Shown here in pieces: positions 38,471 to 49,683 of a stretch of 64,000 bases of DNA. A model generated the notes under the pieces. That model was given only the letters and a program-made list of their open reading frames with translations, had not been told where the DNA came from and ran no database searches. The stretch spans positions 127,104,335 to 127,168,334 of the forward strand of contig NC_068984.1 of NCBI RefSeq assembly GCF_001194135.2, written 5' to 3'. Every line of letters starts with the position of its first letter. The first letter of the stretch is position 1. Position numbers and translations under genes: made by a program. The DNA comes from Octopus bimaculoides (Eukaryota).

Positions 38471-40433
38471 TTGATACATTAGCTTATTATGCAATGTTGA
38501 CTCTTTCTACTTTTGCTGTTTTCCTCTATTGCCACAATAGTAAATAGCATTATAATTACACTGCAATAATTACCAATCATATGATCACACCAACGTGGGA
38601 GGGTGTAATTTTCCTAACCAGAGTTGTTTAAATATGATGCGTTATCTTCAGCCCATAACAATGTACTCATGTTCCGATTACAAATCTATATTTCCTCTCT
38701 GAACAACTGCTGACACTTTGCATATATGTTACAATTATATTTTATACAAGTCTATACTGATCATATTATATATTTTTGGCAATATATCCACAATGCACAT
38801 TCTGAATTACATCCAAAAAGATTCAACCACCCAATGGGCCAGTCTTTATTATCAATACTCTAAAAACCTTTGACCCATTATCAAGCCGTGTTCTCCTCCA
38901 ATTTCTTCTATTATTAATACTACAACACACACACACCCTTCCCCACTCCTCTCTCCACTTAATTTTTCATATAAACTCACTTATTACATTTGCCTTCCTT
39001 GGCTCACTTTCTCTCGCCGCTATCATTGTGGGCCCCACTATCCAGATCTCTATCATTTTCCAACCCCATTTCTAATTACCCAGGTTTGACAACAGTATCC
39101 CTAAATTATAAAGGGTCTGACAATTTTGAGGGTACTGTCTCTCCTTCACGGGCTAAATAATTCTTTCCAATTTTGGCACAAGGCCAGCAATTTTAGGGAG
39201 ATAGTTGATTGCATCATCTCAATGTTTAGCTGGTACTTATTTTACTGACACCAAAGAGATGAAAAGCAAAGTCAGCTTCAGAAGGCAAAGAGCTGAAAGA
39301 AATCTCTTTAAGCATCTCTTGGCATGGTAAGGATTCTGTGAGCTTCACAGATTAATTAATAAAACCAATCCCTCACTGATATAACGCATTCTCTTTTAAG
39401 GTGTTACAATGTGTTTTAAGGAAGATTTGGCTACTATTACTAGCAGGTTAAGTGACTATATAGAGTCTCCTCCATTATGTTGTTTTCACAGGTAGATATA
39501 CTAGAAAGAAGAAATAAACTATTTTCTTATATGAAGGGCTGATTATGTGTCACATGTTTAAGAAGTCTAGTACTGCACGATAGTGAAATATTTGCAGTAG
39601 AATTTATAACAATTAGAGAGGAATGAGTAGGCAGCAGTCTTCAATAAAATAAAAATCACGAGATTGTCGCAGTGTGTCTCATGTCTTCCATTGTTAATAT
39701 GTTACAATAGCTTCATGTTGTAGGTGAATAACCATCTTGCTGAATGTTGTAATATTCCTTTATCCAATATATAATAATTTGTAACTTTCATGTCTACAAA
39801 TGAATTTATGTATATTACATTGGTCATTTGGAGTTTATCCATGGCTTTACTTGCTTCTGCTTTGTTATGAGGAAATGCTTAATATTCTGTATTTTGTAAT
39901 ATATTTGTTATAGTCATTTATGGATAGGTTTAATACTTATATTGACTTACATTTTATCGTCAAATACTTTGTAATAAAATATATTATTAACATATCTAAG
40001 TTCCTTGCAGGACATTTATGACTTGACTTTTGACACTCAACATCACTCAAATTCATTATATCTCAGCACTAATCTGCTTTCTTGGACTGGTACTTATTTA
40101 ATGAATCAAAAGGATGAAAGCCAAAGTTTATCTTGGAGGGATTTAAACTCAAAGTACAGAGATCCAGAACAAATACTGCAAGGTATTCTATGCAACATTA
40201 TAACAATGCTGCCAATTCACTGTCTCAGTTTTCTTCTTGTAATTCAGAGATACCAATCAACTGTGCCAGTCAGACATTCTTCATAAGTGAGGAACTTCTA
40301 ATGGTAATAACAATGGCATGGACTGAAGATCATTAATATTTTAATATTTCAAATATTGAAGCATAAAACAGGAGTATGTAAAGGACATGTGTAAGTAATT
40401 TATGATGAAAAAAGAAAGTCAAAGAAAACGCTC

Positions 40434-40931
40434 ATGGACAGATGGTTAATGGACATTTGGCCAATAGAATAGACATCTGGTTTATGGACATTTGACCAAT
40501 AGAATTGACATCTTGTTTATGGACATTTGGTGAACATGATATTTGACAAAGCAGATTACATTGGACATTTCATCGAGCAGACATTTCATTGACAGACATT
40601 TGACCAAGCAGACATTTCATTGGACATTTAACTAAGCACACATTTCATTGATGGATATTTGACCAGGTAGACACTTCATTGTCAGCATTAATTTCCCCAA
40701 GTTCACATTAATTGTGCCTCTGCTTGGCATAAAAGGTGACTAAAAGGAGTTGAGGTAGGATTTGCACTCTGACCATGTAAAAACACTCACCAGCAATGAC
40801 TACCTAAATAGACCCATGGTTGGACTGTTGTCACTTGAGTGGTGCAAAGGTATCATCTACCAAGACTAGTAGAGAATCACCAACAAATGGTGGATGCAGT
40901 GACATGGTGTTACAACACGTTCCCCCACACC

Positions 40932-40969
<38 letters not shown>

Positions 40970-41467
40970 ATATGTCCATTTAGATAAATATTTGTTCAGT
41001 TGTAAGTCCATTAGAATAAATATAGTTAGTTTTGTAAACAAACAATGAGATTGAAAATGAAAATGAAAAGAAGGGTTATGGGCATATGTGCCATATTTGG
41101 GGAGTTTTTACTCCTTCATCAGCACCCATCTAACCCATTAATCATCCATGAACCCTTTGTCACCCTCTAACCTTTCATTCTCTGACACGAGTTCCCCTCA
41201 TCAAACGCCCCTGTCCCTTTCATAATTCCTTGTCTTGCAAATTTGCATATTAAAAAACACATTCCAGAAATGTGTTAAATTCGCTTTGTGCTCACTCAGA
41301 TAAATGTTCATTTGGTTATATGTCCATTCTATCAACGCATTCAGTCAAATGTCAATCAGTGAAATGTTCAGTTGATGAAATGTCCACCGGAGTGGTGGCT
41401 GCTTGATGAAATGTCATTCAATGAAACGTCCATTTAATCCAATGTCCATCAACCAGTCATTTGTCTA
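40434..41467. mobile_element. Foldback-type element with repetitive inverted termini built from GACATTT units
   Basis: About 40434-40680 has many gacattt(g/c) units and about 41262-41467 has the complementary aaatgtc/aaatgtt units. The terminal segments tggacagatggttaatggacatttgg and ...aatgtccatcaaccagtcatttgtcta are loosely inverted. Confidence 0.6.
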
Positions 41468-41885
41468 GCCACAGAAGAAACATTAATGATGATGATGATG
41501 ATGGTGATGATGGTGATGAAGATGTTGACAAATAGTGGTAGAGGTGGTGGTGGTGGCAACAATAATGATGATAATGATGGTGATGCTGATGATGACAACA
41601 ATCACAGCGACGATAGCAATAAAAAATACAATCAAGCAAGAAATAAGAGGCAATGATGAAAAAATTTCAATATGAATTCAAGTCTCACTCAAATTCTTTT
41701 AACTCCATTTACTTTAGTAAATTGTCCTGGGGAAAAGCCTGAATATTATTACACTTTGATGTTTTCCTTCCTTCAAATTGTTAATTTTCCTGTGTTGTAT
41801 CAAAAGTAAGTCATATTATTTGCTAATAGTGATTAATTATACATTGCAGTGTGATGCTAATAATGAACTTATAAATATATTTTAC

Positions 41886-41911
41886 CTTAGTTTCACATCT
41901 TCGGCAATATT
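41886..41911 (-). CDS. Candidate 26-bp micro-exon (phase 1 to 0; EYCRRCETK)
   Basis: Very strong acceptor ttgttttgttttattctcatttcag and donor AAG|gtaaaa. Phase 1 to 0 would bridge the 50336 and 31798 exons, but phase 0 (NIAEDVKL) is also open. Confidence 0.35.
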
Positions 41912-42019
41912 CTGAAATGAGAATAAAACAAAACAATGTAATCACACATTTATTTAAAATATCATTACTGTTCATTCTTGTCTTTGTCTAACTTTCCTTT
42001 ACAGAAAACTAGTGATATA

Positions 42020-42832
42020 TAGCCAGTATGCTCCGTTGGATGTGTAATGTCAATGTGAATACCCGTCAGAGTGTAAGTATCTTGAGAGAAAAGCTGAACA
42101 TTAGAAGCATCAGTTGTGGCGTGCAAGAGAGACGATTGCGCTGGTATGGACATGTGGTGAGAATGGAGGAGGATAGCTGCGTGAAAAAGTGCCACACCCT
42201 AACAGTTGAGGGAACCCGTGGAAGAGGTAGGCCCAGGAAGACCTGGGCTGAGGTGGTGAGGCAAGACCTTCGTACATTGGGCCTCACCGAGGCGATGACT
42301 ACGGACCGAGACCTTTGGAAATGGGCTGTGCGTGAGAAGACCCGGCAAGCCAAGTNNNNNNNNNNNNNNNNNNNNNNNNNNNNNNNNNNNNNNNNNNNNN
42401 NNNNNNNNNNNNNNNNNNNNNNNNNNNNNNNNNNNNNNNNNNNNNNNNNNNNNNNNNNNNNNNNNNNNNNNNNNNNNNNNNNNNNNNNNNNNNNNNNNNN
42501 NNNNNNNNNNNNNNNNNNNNNNNNNNNNNNNNNNNNNNNNNNNNNNNNNNNNNNNNNNNNNNNNNNNNNNNNNNNNNNNNNNNNNNNNNNNNNNNNNNNN
42601 NNNNNNNNNNNNNNNNNNNNCCATTTCGAGCGTGGCCGTTTTCGTGCGGGTGACACGTAAAAGCACCCACTACACTCTCTGAGTGGTTGGCGTTAGGAAG
42701 GGCATCCAGCTGTAGAAACTCTGCCAAATCAGACTGGAGCCTGGTGTTGCCATCCGGTTTCACCAGTCCTCAGTCAAATCGTCCAACCCATGCTAGCATG
42801 GAAAGCGGACGTTAAACGATGATGATGATGAT
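42020..42832 (+). mobile_element. Young 5'-truncated RTE LINE: ORF2 C-terminus, 3'UTR (partly in a gap) and (GAT)n tail
   Basis: MLRWMCNV...LREKLNIRSISCGVQERRLRWYGHVVRMEEDSCVKKCHTLTVEGTRGRGRPRKTWAEVVRQDL is an intact RTE C-terminal signature. Confidence 0.95.
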
Positions 42833-42853
42833 ATATATATATATATGTTAAAT

Positions 42854-42968
42854 CTCTGAACGAGGTATAAACAGTAACTGCACAATAACGTGAAGTATAT
42901 TTGCCACTTAAATGTGGCTAAACCCTAAGCACATTATCGTGCAGTTACTGTTTATACCTCGTTCAGAG
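42854..42968. repeat. 39-bp inverted repeat (2 mismatches) with a 37-bp spacer containing an inner hairpin
   Basis: ctctgaacgaggtataaacagtaactgcacaataacgtg (42854-42892) pairs with cacattatcgtgcagttactgtttatacctcgttcagag (42930-42968). Confidence 0.95.
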
Positions 42969-43086
42969 GTATGAACGTCTTTGGCATCATCATCATCCTC
43001 ATCATCATCCTTCCCATCATCATCATCATCATCATCTAACATTATTAACATTTGACGGATATTTGTCCTCATCTTGTTTGTTGTTA

Positions 43087-43130
43087 ACACAACATTTCAG
43101 CTGATATACCCTCCAGCCTTCATCAGGTGC
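43087..43130 (-). ncRNA. Minimal type-I hammerhead ribozyme-like motif (Penelope type), left arm
   Basis: Minus strand gcac-CTGATGA-A-ggctg-gagggtatat-cagct-GAAA-tgtt-gtgt: intact CUGAUGA and GAAA core, 5-bp stem II and 4-bp stem I. Activity not shown. Confidence 0.6.
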
Positions 43131-43232
43131 CTTGGAGAAATTTTGAACTTGGGTTCTCATTCCTAAGGTATTTTTTGATGTTGTTGTTATTATCATTATT
43201 ATTATTATTATTATCATTATTATTATTATTCA

Positions 43233-43310
43233 GGTCACTGCCTGGAATCGAACTCAGAATCTTGGGGTTAGTAGCCCGCGCTCTTAACCACTACGCCATA
43301 TGCCCATGGG
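43233..43310 (-). ncRNA. tRNA-derived Pol III head (tRNA-Ser(GCT)-like loop), not a functional tRNA gene
   Basis: Minus strand TGGCGTAGTGG (A box) ... GTTCGATTCC (B box). The anticodon-like loop CTACTAA resembles the CTGCTAA of tRNA-Ser(GCT). Acceptor stem pairing is poor. Confidence 0.65.
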
Positions 43311-43391
43311 CATATGGCATAATAACATAATAACATAATAACATCGAAAAATACCTTAGGAATGAGAACCTAGGTTTGAAATTTCCCCAAG

Positions 43392-43435
43392 ACACCTGAT
43401 GAAGGCTGGAGGGTATATCAGCTGAAATGTTGTGT
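43392..43435 (+). ncRNA. Minimal type-I hammerhead ribozyme-like motif (Penelope type), right arm
   Basis: acac-CTGATGA-A-ggctg-gagggtatat-cagct-GAAA-tgtt-gtgt. Stem I ACAC/GTGT is perfect and the putative cleavage triplet is GUU. Confidence 0.6.
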
Positions 43436-43529
43436 TAACAACAAACAACTGGAGGAAAATATCCATCAAACGTAAATAATGTAAATAATGTACATAATTC
43501 CTCATCTCTTAAATATAGAACTGTATCAT

Positions 43530-43760
43530 CATCTAATGTCTTTTGTCCATGTGGCATGGGTTGGATGGTGTGACCAGAGCTGGCAAGCTTTGGGTCTGTA
43601 CCAGACTCCAGTCTGATTTGGCATGGTTTCTACAGCTGGATGCCCTTCCTAATGCCAATCACTTTACTGAGTGTGCTGGGTGCTTTTATGTGGCACTGCA
43701 TGGGCACTTTTATGTGACACCACATGGGTGCTTTTACGTGGCACCAACCATGAGTGCTTT
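43530..43760 (-). mobile_element. RTE 3'UTR fragment
   Basis: gtccatgtggcatgggttggatgg...tttctacagctggatgcccttcctaatgccaatcac is the reverse complement of the RTE tail. Confidence 0.85.
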
Positions 43761-44289
43761 ATACAACCAGAAGGATCTGTCATATGAACAAAATTACTGC
43801 ATTTGATAATGCTATAAAGATTTTTACCTGGTTCTGTTTTATCTTGGTCTTCATTACAACTAGTCTCCTTGGTGTGGTTTTCAAATACAGGTATTTGCCA
43901 AAACTCATTAGTTTGCTGAATGCTCTATTAAATAAACCACAACAATAAAAAATAAAAGGATTAACAAAATATACTAATAATTCAAATATTGTTTTATTAT
44001 TTTGTTGCTCTACTTGTTTCTGCCCTCAAACTGTGGCCATGCTACAGCACAACCTTGAAGAATTTTAATCGAACAAATTAGCCCGAGTACTTATTTTTAA
44101 GCCTTCTACTTATTCTATCAGTCTCTTTTGCCAAATTGCTAAGTTCTGGGGATGTAAACATCAGTTCTCAATCAGTGGTGGGAGACAAACACAGACACCA
44201 AGATACACACACACATACATAATATATATATATACATACATACATAAATCAGAAATGGAAAAACAATAAATTCAAAGTAACTCACATAC

Positions 44290-44354
44290 TTTTGAAGTGA
44301 TGTACAGATATTGTATATTTAGAATAATAAGGTAGTCAGAATGTTGGATGATTA

Positions 44355-44387
<33 letters not shown>

Positions 44388-44517
44388 GATAAATCCGATA
44401 ATGGAAGAAAGCGTTAAAAATGTAAATAAAATGTAAATAAATAATAAAATATATATAATCATCCAACATTCTGACTACCTTAATCTAAATATACAATATC
44501 TGCACATCACTTCAAAA
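44290..44517. mobile_element. Fold-back element with about 68-bp inverted arms, lying within a minus-strand family 1 SINE (about 44010-44720)
   Basis: ttttgaagtgatgtacagatattgtatatttag...aaggtagtcagaatgttggatgattatatat (44290-44359) pairs with 44451-44517, with one substitution and one small indel. Confidence 0.9.
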
Positions 44518-44529
44518 ACTCTCTCTCTC

Positions 44530-44576
<47 letters not shown>

Positions 44577-44983
44577 CAGGCTTCTTTCAGTTACCATCTA
44601 CCAAATCCACTCACAAGGTTGTGGTCATCTCAAGGTTATAGTAGAAGACACTTTACCAAGTGGGACCGAACCCAGAACTATCTGGTTGAGAAGCAAAGCC
44701 CTAACCACACAGCCATGTCTGTAATTTTATTTTCATTAGTTTTAATAGGTGGCAAGTTGGTTATTTGTGAGCATGCTAGTCAAAAGGCTCAGTGGCATTT
44801 CTTCTGGCTTTACATTCTGAGTTCAAATACCACTGAGGGTGATCTTTAACTTGGAGTCATTCACAGTCAATAAAACAAGTACCACTTGAGCAGTTGGGTT
44901 GATGTAAATGACTAGCCCTGACCCTCACCAAAAAATTTCAGGCCTTGTGCTTACAAAAGAAAGAAAAATTGGCTGTGTGGATA

Positions 44984-45382
44984 GGCGCAGGAGTGGCTGT
45001 GTGGTAAGTAGCTTGCTTACCAACCACATGGTTCCGGGTCCAGTCCCACTGCGTGGCACCCTGGGCAAGTGTCTTCTACTATAGCCTCAGGCCGACCAAA
45101 GCCTTGTGAGTGGATTTGGTAGACGGAAACTGAAAGAAGTCCGGCGTATATATGTATATGTATGTGTATGTATGTGTCTGTGTTTGTCTCCCCAACATCG
45201 CTTGACAACCGATGCTGGTGTGTTTACGTCCCCGTAACTTAGCGGTTCGGCAAAATGAGACTGATAGAATAAGTACTAGGCTTACAAAGAATAAGTCCTG
45301 GGGGTCGATTTGCTCCACTAAAGACAGTGCTCCAGCATGGCTGCAGTCAAATGACTGAAACAAGTAAAAGAGTAAAAGAGTA
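44984..45382 (+). mobile_element. Full-length, little-diverged tRNA-derived SINE (family 1)
   Basis: ggcgcaggagtggctgtgtggtaag head with B-box-like gtccagtccc, a central ttgggcaagtgtcttctactatagcc-type domain, an internal microsatellite and an (agtaaaag)n tail. CpGs are retained. Confidence 0.95.
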
Positions 45383-45454
45383 ATAGTTTAATCAAGAGGT
45401 AGGGATAATGTCCAAGGTTCTCAACCATTTTAATCAATTTGGAGATATTGATAA

Positions 45455-45665
45455 GGTCAATCATCAATCTATGAATTGACATCTGCAGCGAAAATGTGAG
45501 CAGAAAAGGAATTCCAAAGCTGGAATTGAAGAGAGGAAATGTTTAATGATAATGAGTTGCGTGGCTCCCATGGCAAAGTGAGACGCCGAAGGGAATGACA
45601 AGACAAATCCAGACAAGTGTGCTGGGGTAGCTTGTGTGGAGGTGGTATGCAATGTAACTAGCTAG
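45455..45665 (-). mobile_element. Jockey/CR1-type LINE ORF2 C-terminal fossil
   Basis: Minus translation ...SLNISSLQFQLWNSFSAHIFAADVNS* resembles the terminal RT..LWNSLP..IFP motif of this group. Confidence 0.5.
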
Positions 45666-45800
45666 TTCTGTGAAGCAAAAGTCATTGTTATAGTAGTAAT
45701 AGAATAGTCAAAGTAAATGAGTAGAGTATTAGGTTGATGAATAAGTTTTTTCACACTCAGTCAAGTGGCCTTCATTTGAATGTAATCTTAGATGTCTGTC

Positions 45801-45870
45801 TCAGTTGTGTAGTTAAGACCTACAATGGAGCAGTAATCTGCTCTATTGTAGGTCTTAACTACTCAACTGA
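45801..45870. repeat. 70-nt near-perfect hairpin (33-bp stem, 4-nt loop)
   Basis: tcagttgtgtagttaagacctacaatggagcag-taat-ctgctctattgtaggtcttaactactcaactga, with one T/T mismatch and one G.T pair. Confidence 0.95.
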
Positions 45871-46104
45871 TTAGCTGAAGAGTTTTCTGACCCTGGAGTA
45901 AGTTCAGTGATTGGGATTCAGCTTTTGTTATATCATATATTATGTATACAGGGTCACCCGAAAAGATTATCAAAGATGGTATGGGCTAATGTTTTGTAAA
46001 CTATGAGAAAATTTCCTAACTTTACTTCTCTGTAGACAACATTGAAAAACAAGACATTGAATGAGTGTGGTAACAACTTCTTTTATTTATTTACTTATTT
46101 ATTT

Positions 46105-46510
46105 TTACTTGTTTCAGTCATTGGATTGTGCCCATGCTGGGTTATCGCCTTGAAGGATTTAGTCAAACAAATCGATCCCAGTACTTATTTTTTTTAATTT
46201 GGGACTTATTTATTGGTCTCTTTTGCCAAAACAGCTATTTACAGGGATATAAACAAACCAACACTGGTTGTCAAGTGGTGTATATTTGTTTGTGAGTGGG
46301 ATATATCCAAACATAGAGACACACACAAATATACAAATATATATACATGTATCATAGGTTTCCACACAGTTTCCATCTACCAAATCCACTCACACAAGAC
46401 ATTGGTTGACTCAGGACTACAGTAGAAGACACTTGCCCAAGGTACTGTGTAGTGGGACTGAACTCAAAACCATATGATGACAAAGCTAGTTCCTTAATCA
46501 CACAACCATG
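46105..46510 (-). mobile_element. SINE family 1 copy
   Basis: Reverse-complement match: ttttacttgtttcagtcattgg...gtagaagacacttgcccaagg...gtgggactgaac. Confidence 0.85.
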
Positions 46511-47089
46511 CTCGAATGTTCACAAAAGAAAATTATATACCTACATTGTACCAAGTAAACTTCCACCTAATTCCTGTTAAAATCTAAACTCCCTTATTAT
46601 GTACTCAAACAATTCACACATAAGACTTAATGATGCAACCATACTATGATGACTCATTTATGTCTGTTCATTATCCTTTTCAAGAATCTAGAAATAATTC
46701 TGCTGTATCCCATTTCAAAGAATTGCTTAATAATTATTCCTATTTGGATTCTAGATTGCCAACTTTAATTATGAAGTAATTGGCAAAATGGTAATTCTCT
46801 ATGTGATAATATATAATCAAATGAAAGATAGAACAGATTAACTATACGGAACAAAGTAATGTTTATTGCAAAGTCTTTCAAATGGGATAAGTTTTGACTA
46901 AATGAATTACAACTTGGTGAATTTATAACTTCAAACAACTGCCAGATTGAGAAAATGCATTCACTGTAGTTTCACATTTAGCATTATATTATAAGAAGAT
47001 AATCTGTTGATATTCATTTTATTATACAAAGGCATCTAAAAAGTAAATAAACATCATTATTCTTGAAAGATTTATTTCTCCCTTTTTCT

Positions 47090-47450
47090 TTGAATATTTG
47101 CTAGTTGAAGGTTTTCTTCTAGCTATTCTACTACAGAAGCCAAATTGATGGAGATACCTCACAGAAATACCCTGTGACTCATTACCAGCTACCTTACAAT
47201 GTGGATCATTTTCACAAAACCTACTCAACAGCCCAAAGGCATCTCCCAGGAGACCCAGGTCAGTCTGAGCGGGATGCTGTTGGTTCCTCTCCTTTGCTGG
47301 CAAATTATATATATGACCACTCTGTTGACCATGGCAAGAGGAATTCCAAGGTTTTGTGCAATCTTATGCTAGTTAAATCCACTATCAGATTGACTCACAA
47401 TATGCCCTTTTTCAAACTCAGTACTTTTGATTCTAGTGTTTACAACATGG
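47090..47450 (-). mobile_element. Tc1-family transposase N-terminal fossil
   Basis: Minus translation [35 protein letters not shown] (HTH), then SVRYLHQFGFCSRIARRKP (the Tc1 GF.SR.ARRKP motif). Confidence 0.8.
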
Positions 47451-47504
47451 CTAGTTACTATAAACAATTAATAGACCATTCAAGCCAAGTGAAATCATAG
47501 TTGT

Positions 47505-47932
47505 GGCCAATGTAGTGTCACATAACTGGCACCCATGCCAGTGGCACATAAAACGCACCTTTTGAACATTGGGCCTCATGGAGACAGAGTGGCCGATGCT
47601 GATGGCACATGAAAAACACCTTTTGAGTGTTGGGCCTCATGGAAGCTATGACAAATGACCAAGACCTTTAACATTATGCTGTGCTTGACAAGAAGACCCA
47701 TCACGCCAAATGAAATCGTAGTCATGGCAGATACTGGTGTCACACAAATGGCACCTGTGCCAGTGAGATGTAAAAGCACCCATTACAGTCTTGGAGTGGT
47801 TGGCATTAGGAAGGGCATCCAGCTGTAGAAACCATGCCAAATCAGACTAGAGTCTGGTACAGCGTTCCAGCCCTGGTCAAACTGCCCAACCCATGCCAGC
47901 ATGGACAACAGACGTTAAATGATGATGATGAT
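47505..47932 (+). mobile_element. RTE 3'UTR fragment of a related subfamily
   Basis: ...gagtggttggcattaggaagggcatccagctgtagaaaccatgcc...aacccatgccagcatgg...gacgttaaatgatgatg. Confidence 0.8.
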
Positions 47933-49639
47933 ACCGAATGAAAAATAACAATACATTAACAAGTTTGAAACAGCAAATGGTGTCCATACAGAAAAAAGCA
48001 GTATAAATGAGAGGTGTCTATTTACTTTTGAGGTGTCCGTGTATATCATTGAAATGGTACAATGTTAAATTATCTGATTGAACATTAGCTGAATATTATG
48101 TTCTGAGAGCTGGTGTACTTTAGTAATGATATTTCAAGATTGTGTCTCAAAATAACAAGGTTATTGTATTTCAGTGTTGAAGTCTATTAAATTGTTTCTT
48201 CTTCAATTGACTAGTGGTACCCATTATAATGACATTCATGTCATATTATCATTATATCATCAATATGTTCAGCTGCCATGCTGAGATGTTTCAAAAGCCA
48301 AAATAAAATTATCAATTCGATCTTAACTGTTTTACTGAATCCATTTCCCATCATTGTAATAAAATTTGTTGCTTTCATTAATTTTTTTTTTATCTAAAAT
48401 TATAGAACTGAATTGTATTAGACTTTACTCATGTTTCATAAAGTAGATAACTACAGTATTGCTGTTTATGCTGCAATGTTAGCTAATGTTCTCTCTGACA
48501 ATTTAAGTAACTAAGTGATTTTGAAAAATATTTAAGACATTCTATTTTCTAAATGTGCCCGCACAAAGACAATAAAAAAAGAACAGCAACAGTTTTCTAT
48601 GCCACCATTCCCAAGATAGCCATCTTTTTCTTTCCTTTTTATTTTTTTCTTCATTATTAATACTGTTATTTTCATGGGGGAAAGGAAAATGATAATCTCC
48701 TGTTCAGTGCAACAAATCCTCGAGATGAGAAGTGAAGTTATTACAAGAGAACAAGTCAAATAAGATTAGCAGTTAGATTGGTGAGTTGATTGCCAACAAA
48801 GATAGGCACATATCTCATTTGAATATATACTTCCAAAGAAACAACCACTTCAAGGAAATTTTATTCACTATACCTTTCGTTCTCTCCATCCTTATATTGC
48901 TTTCTTTTTCTTCTCTCTCTCTCTCTCTTTCCACTTTTAAGGATTATTGTCACAATTAAGGAAATACATTTTGCTCTTAATTCTAAGAGCTACTACAGAA
49001 ACAACAACAGCAACAACAACAACAACAACAGCTACTACTACTAGTTGTAGCAGTAGTAGAGCAGCTATTACATGTGTAAGTGGGAAGATAAAAATGTGTA
49101 TTTGATAAGAAAGCGTTCATCAATGTTGTTAGTTGAGAGCATCAGTGATGAGTGATCGAAGCGACAGGGCGAAAGTAATCAATAAAACATAGTCAACAAT
49201 CTGATCAAGATGAAACTGCAGTCTAAAGATAAATGAAATATTTGAAGGAAAAAAATATCAGTTGAACTATATCTTTCATAATAATTATCTTTAGTCTTTC
49301 TTCAGACAAATGAGGAGAGTTTTTAGTAATTTTATCAACTTAATCATCATTGCAGATAAGAAAACAGTCATTTAATTAAGAATATTATGAACTACTTCTT
49401 ATATTGACAACAATGTCAAACATTTCATTAAGAAAATAAATTTACAAGAAATATAAAATCAATCAAGTTAAACCAGTAAAATTGAATATTTTCCCAAAGG
49501 AATATCTAATTTTTACTAATTCTTTAGTTAATGCAGCAAACTTGAATTTCAAATCATTCCAAGGTAAAAATAATCTTTTAATCTCATAAAATAATAAAGA
49601 TATATAACTTTTTATTCATTAAATGATGAGATGACTGAA

Positions 49640-49683
<44 letters not shown>

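Larger units (their letters stand above)
43037..43520. mobile_element. Palindromic non-autonomous element: about 145-bp inverted arms, each with a hammerhead motif, around a tRNA-like head and a central 24-bp palindrome
   Basis: Arms about 43037-43182 and 43340-43492 are reverse complements. gccatatgcccatgggcatatggc at 43295-43318 is a perfect palindrome. The tRNA-like segment is about 43233-43310 on the minus strand. Confidence 0.85.

Noticed and set aside
37607-38547. 267-276 aa E/G/R/K-rich and S/P/L-rich ORFs
   Set aside because: Pure (GGA/GAA)n and (GAT)n low-complexity DNA spanning a gap, open in several frames on both strands.
47123-47258. Convincing-looking plus-strand exon (ttttcttctag … CAG|gtcagt; LFYYRSQIDGDTSQKYPVTHYQLPY…)
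   Set aside because: It is the antisense of a Tc1 transposase fossil. Exonisation cannot be excluded but has no support.
49140-49180. gtgatgag…gcgaaag and, at ~54647, ctgatgaggactg…cagtagaa as further hammerheads
   Set aside because: The first lacks the CUGA core and a stem II. The second lacks GAAA and stem I.
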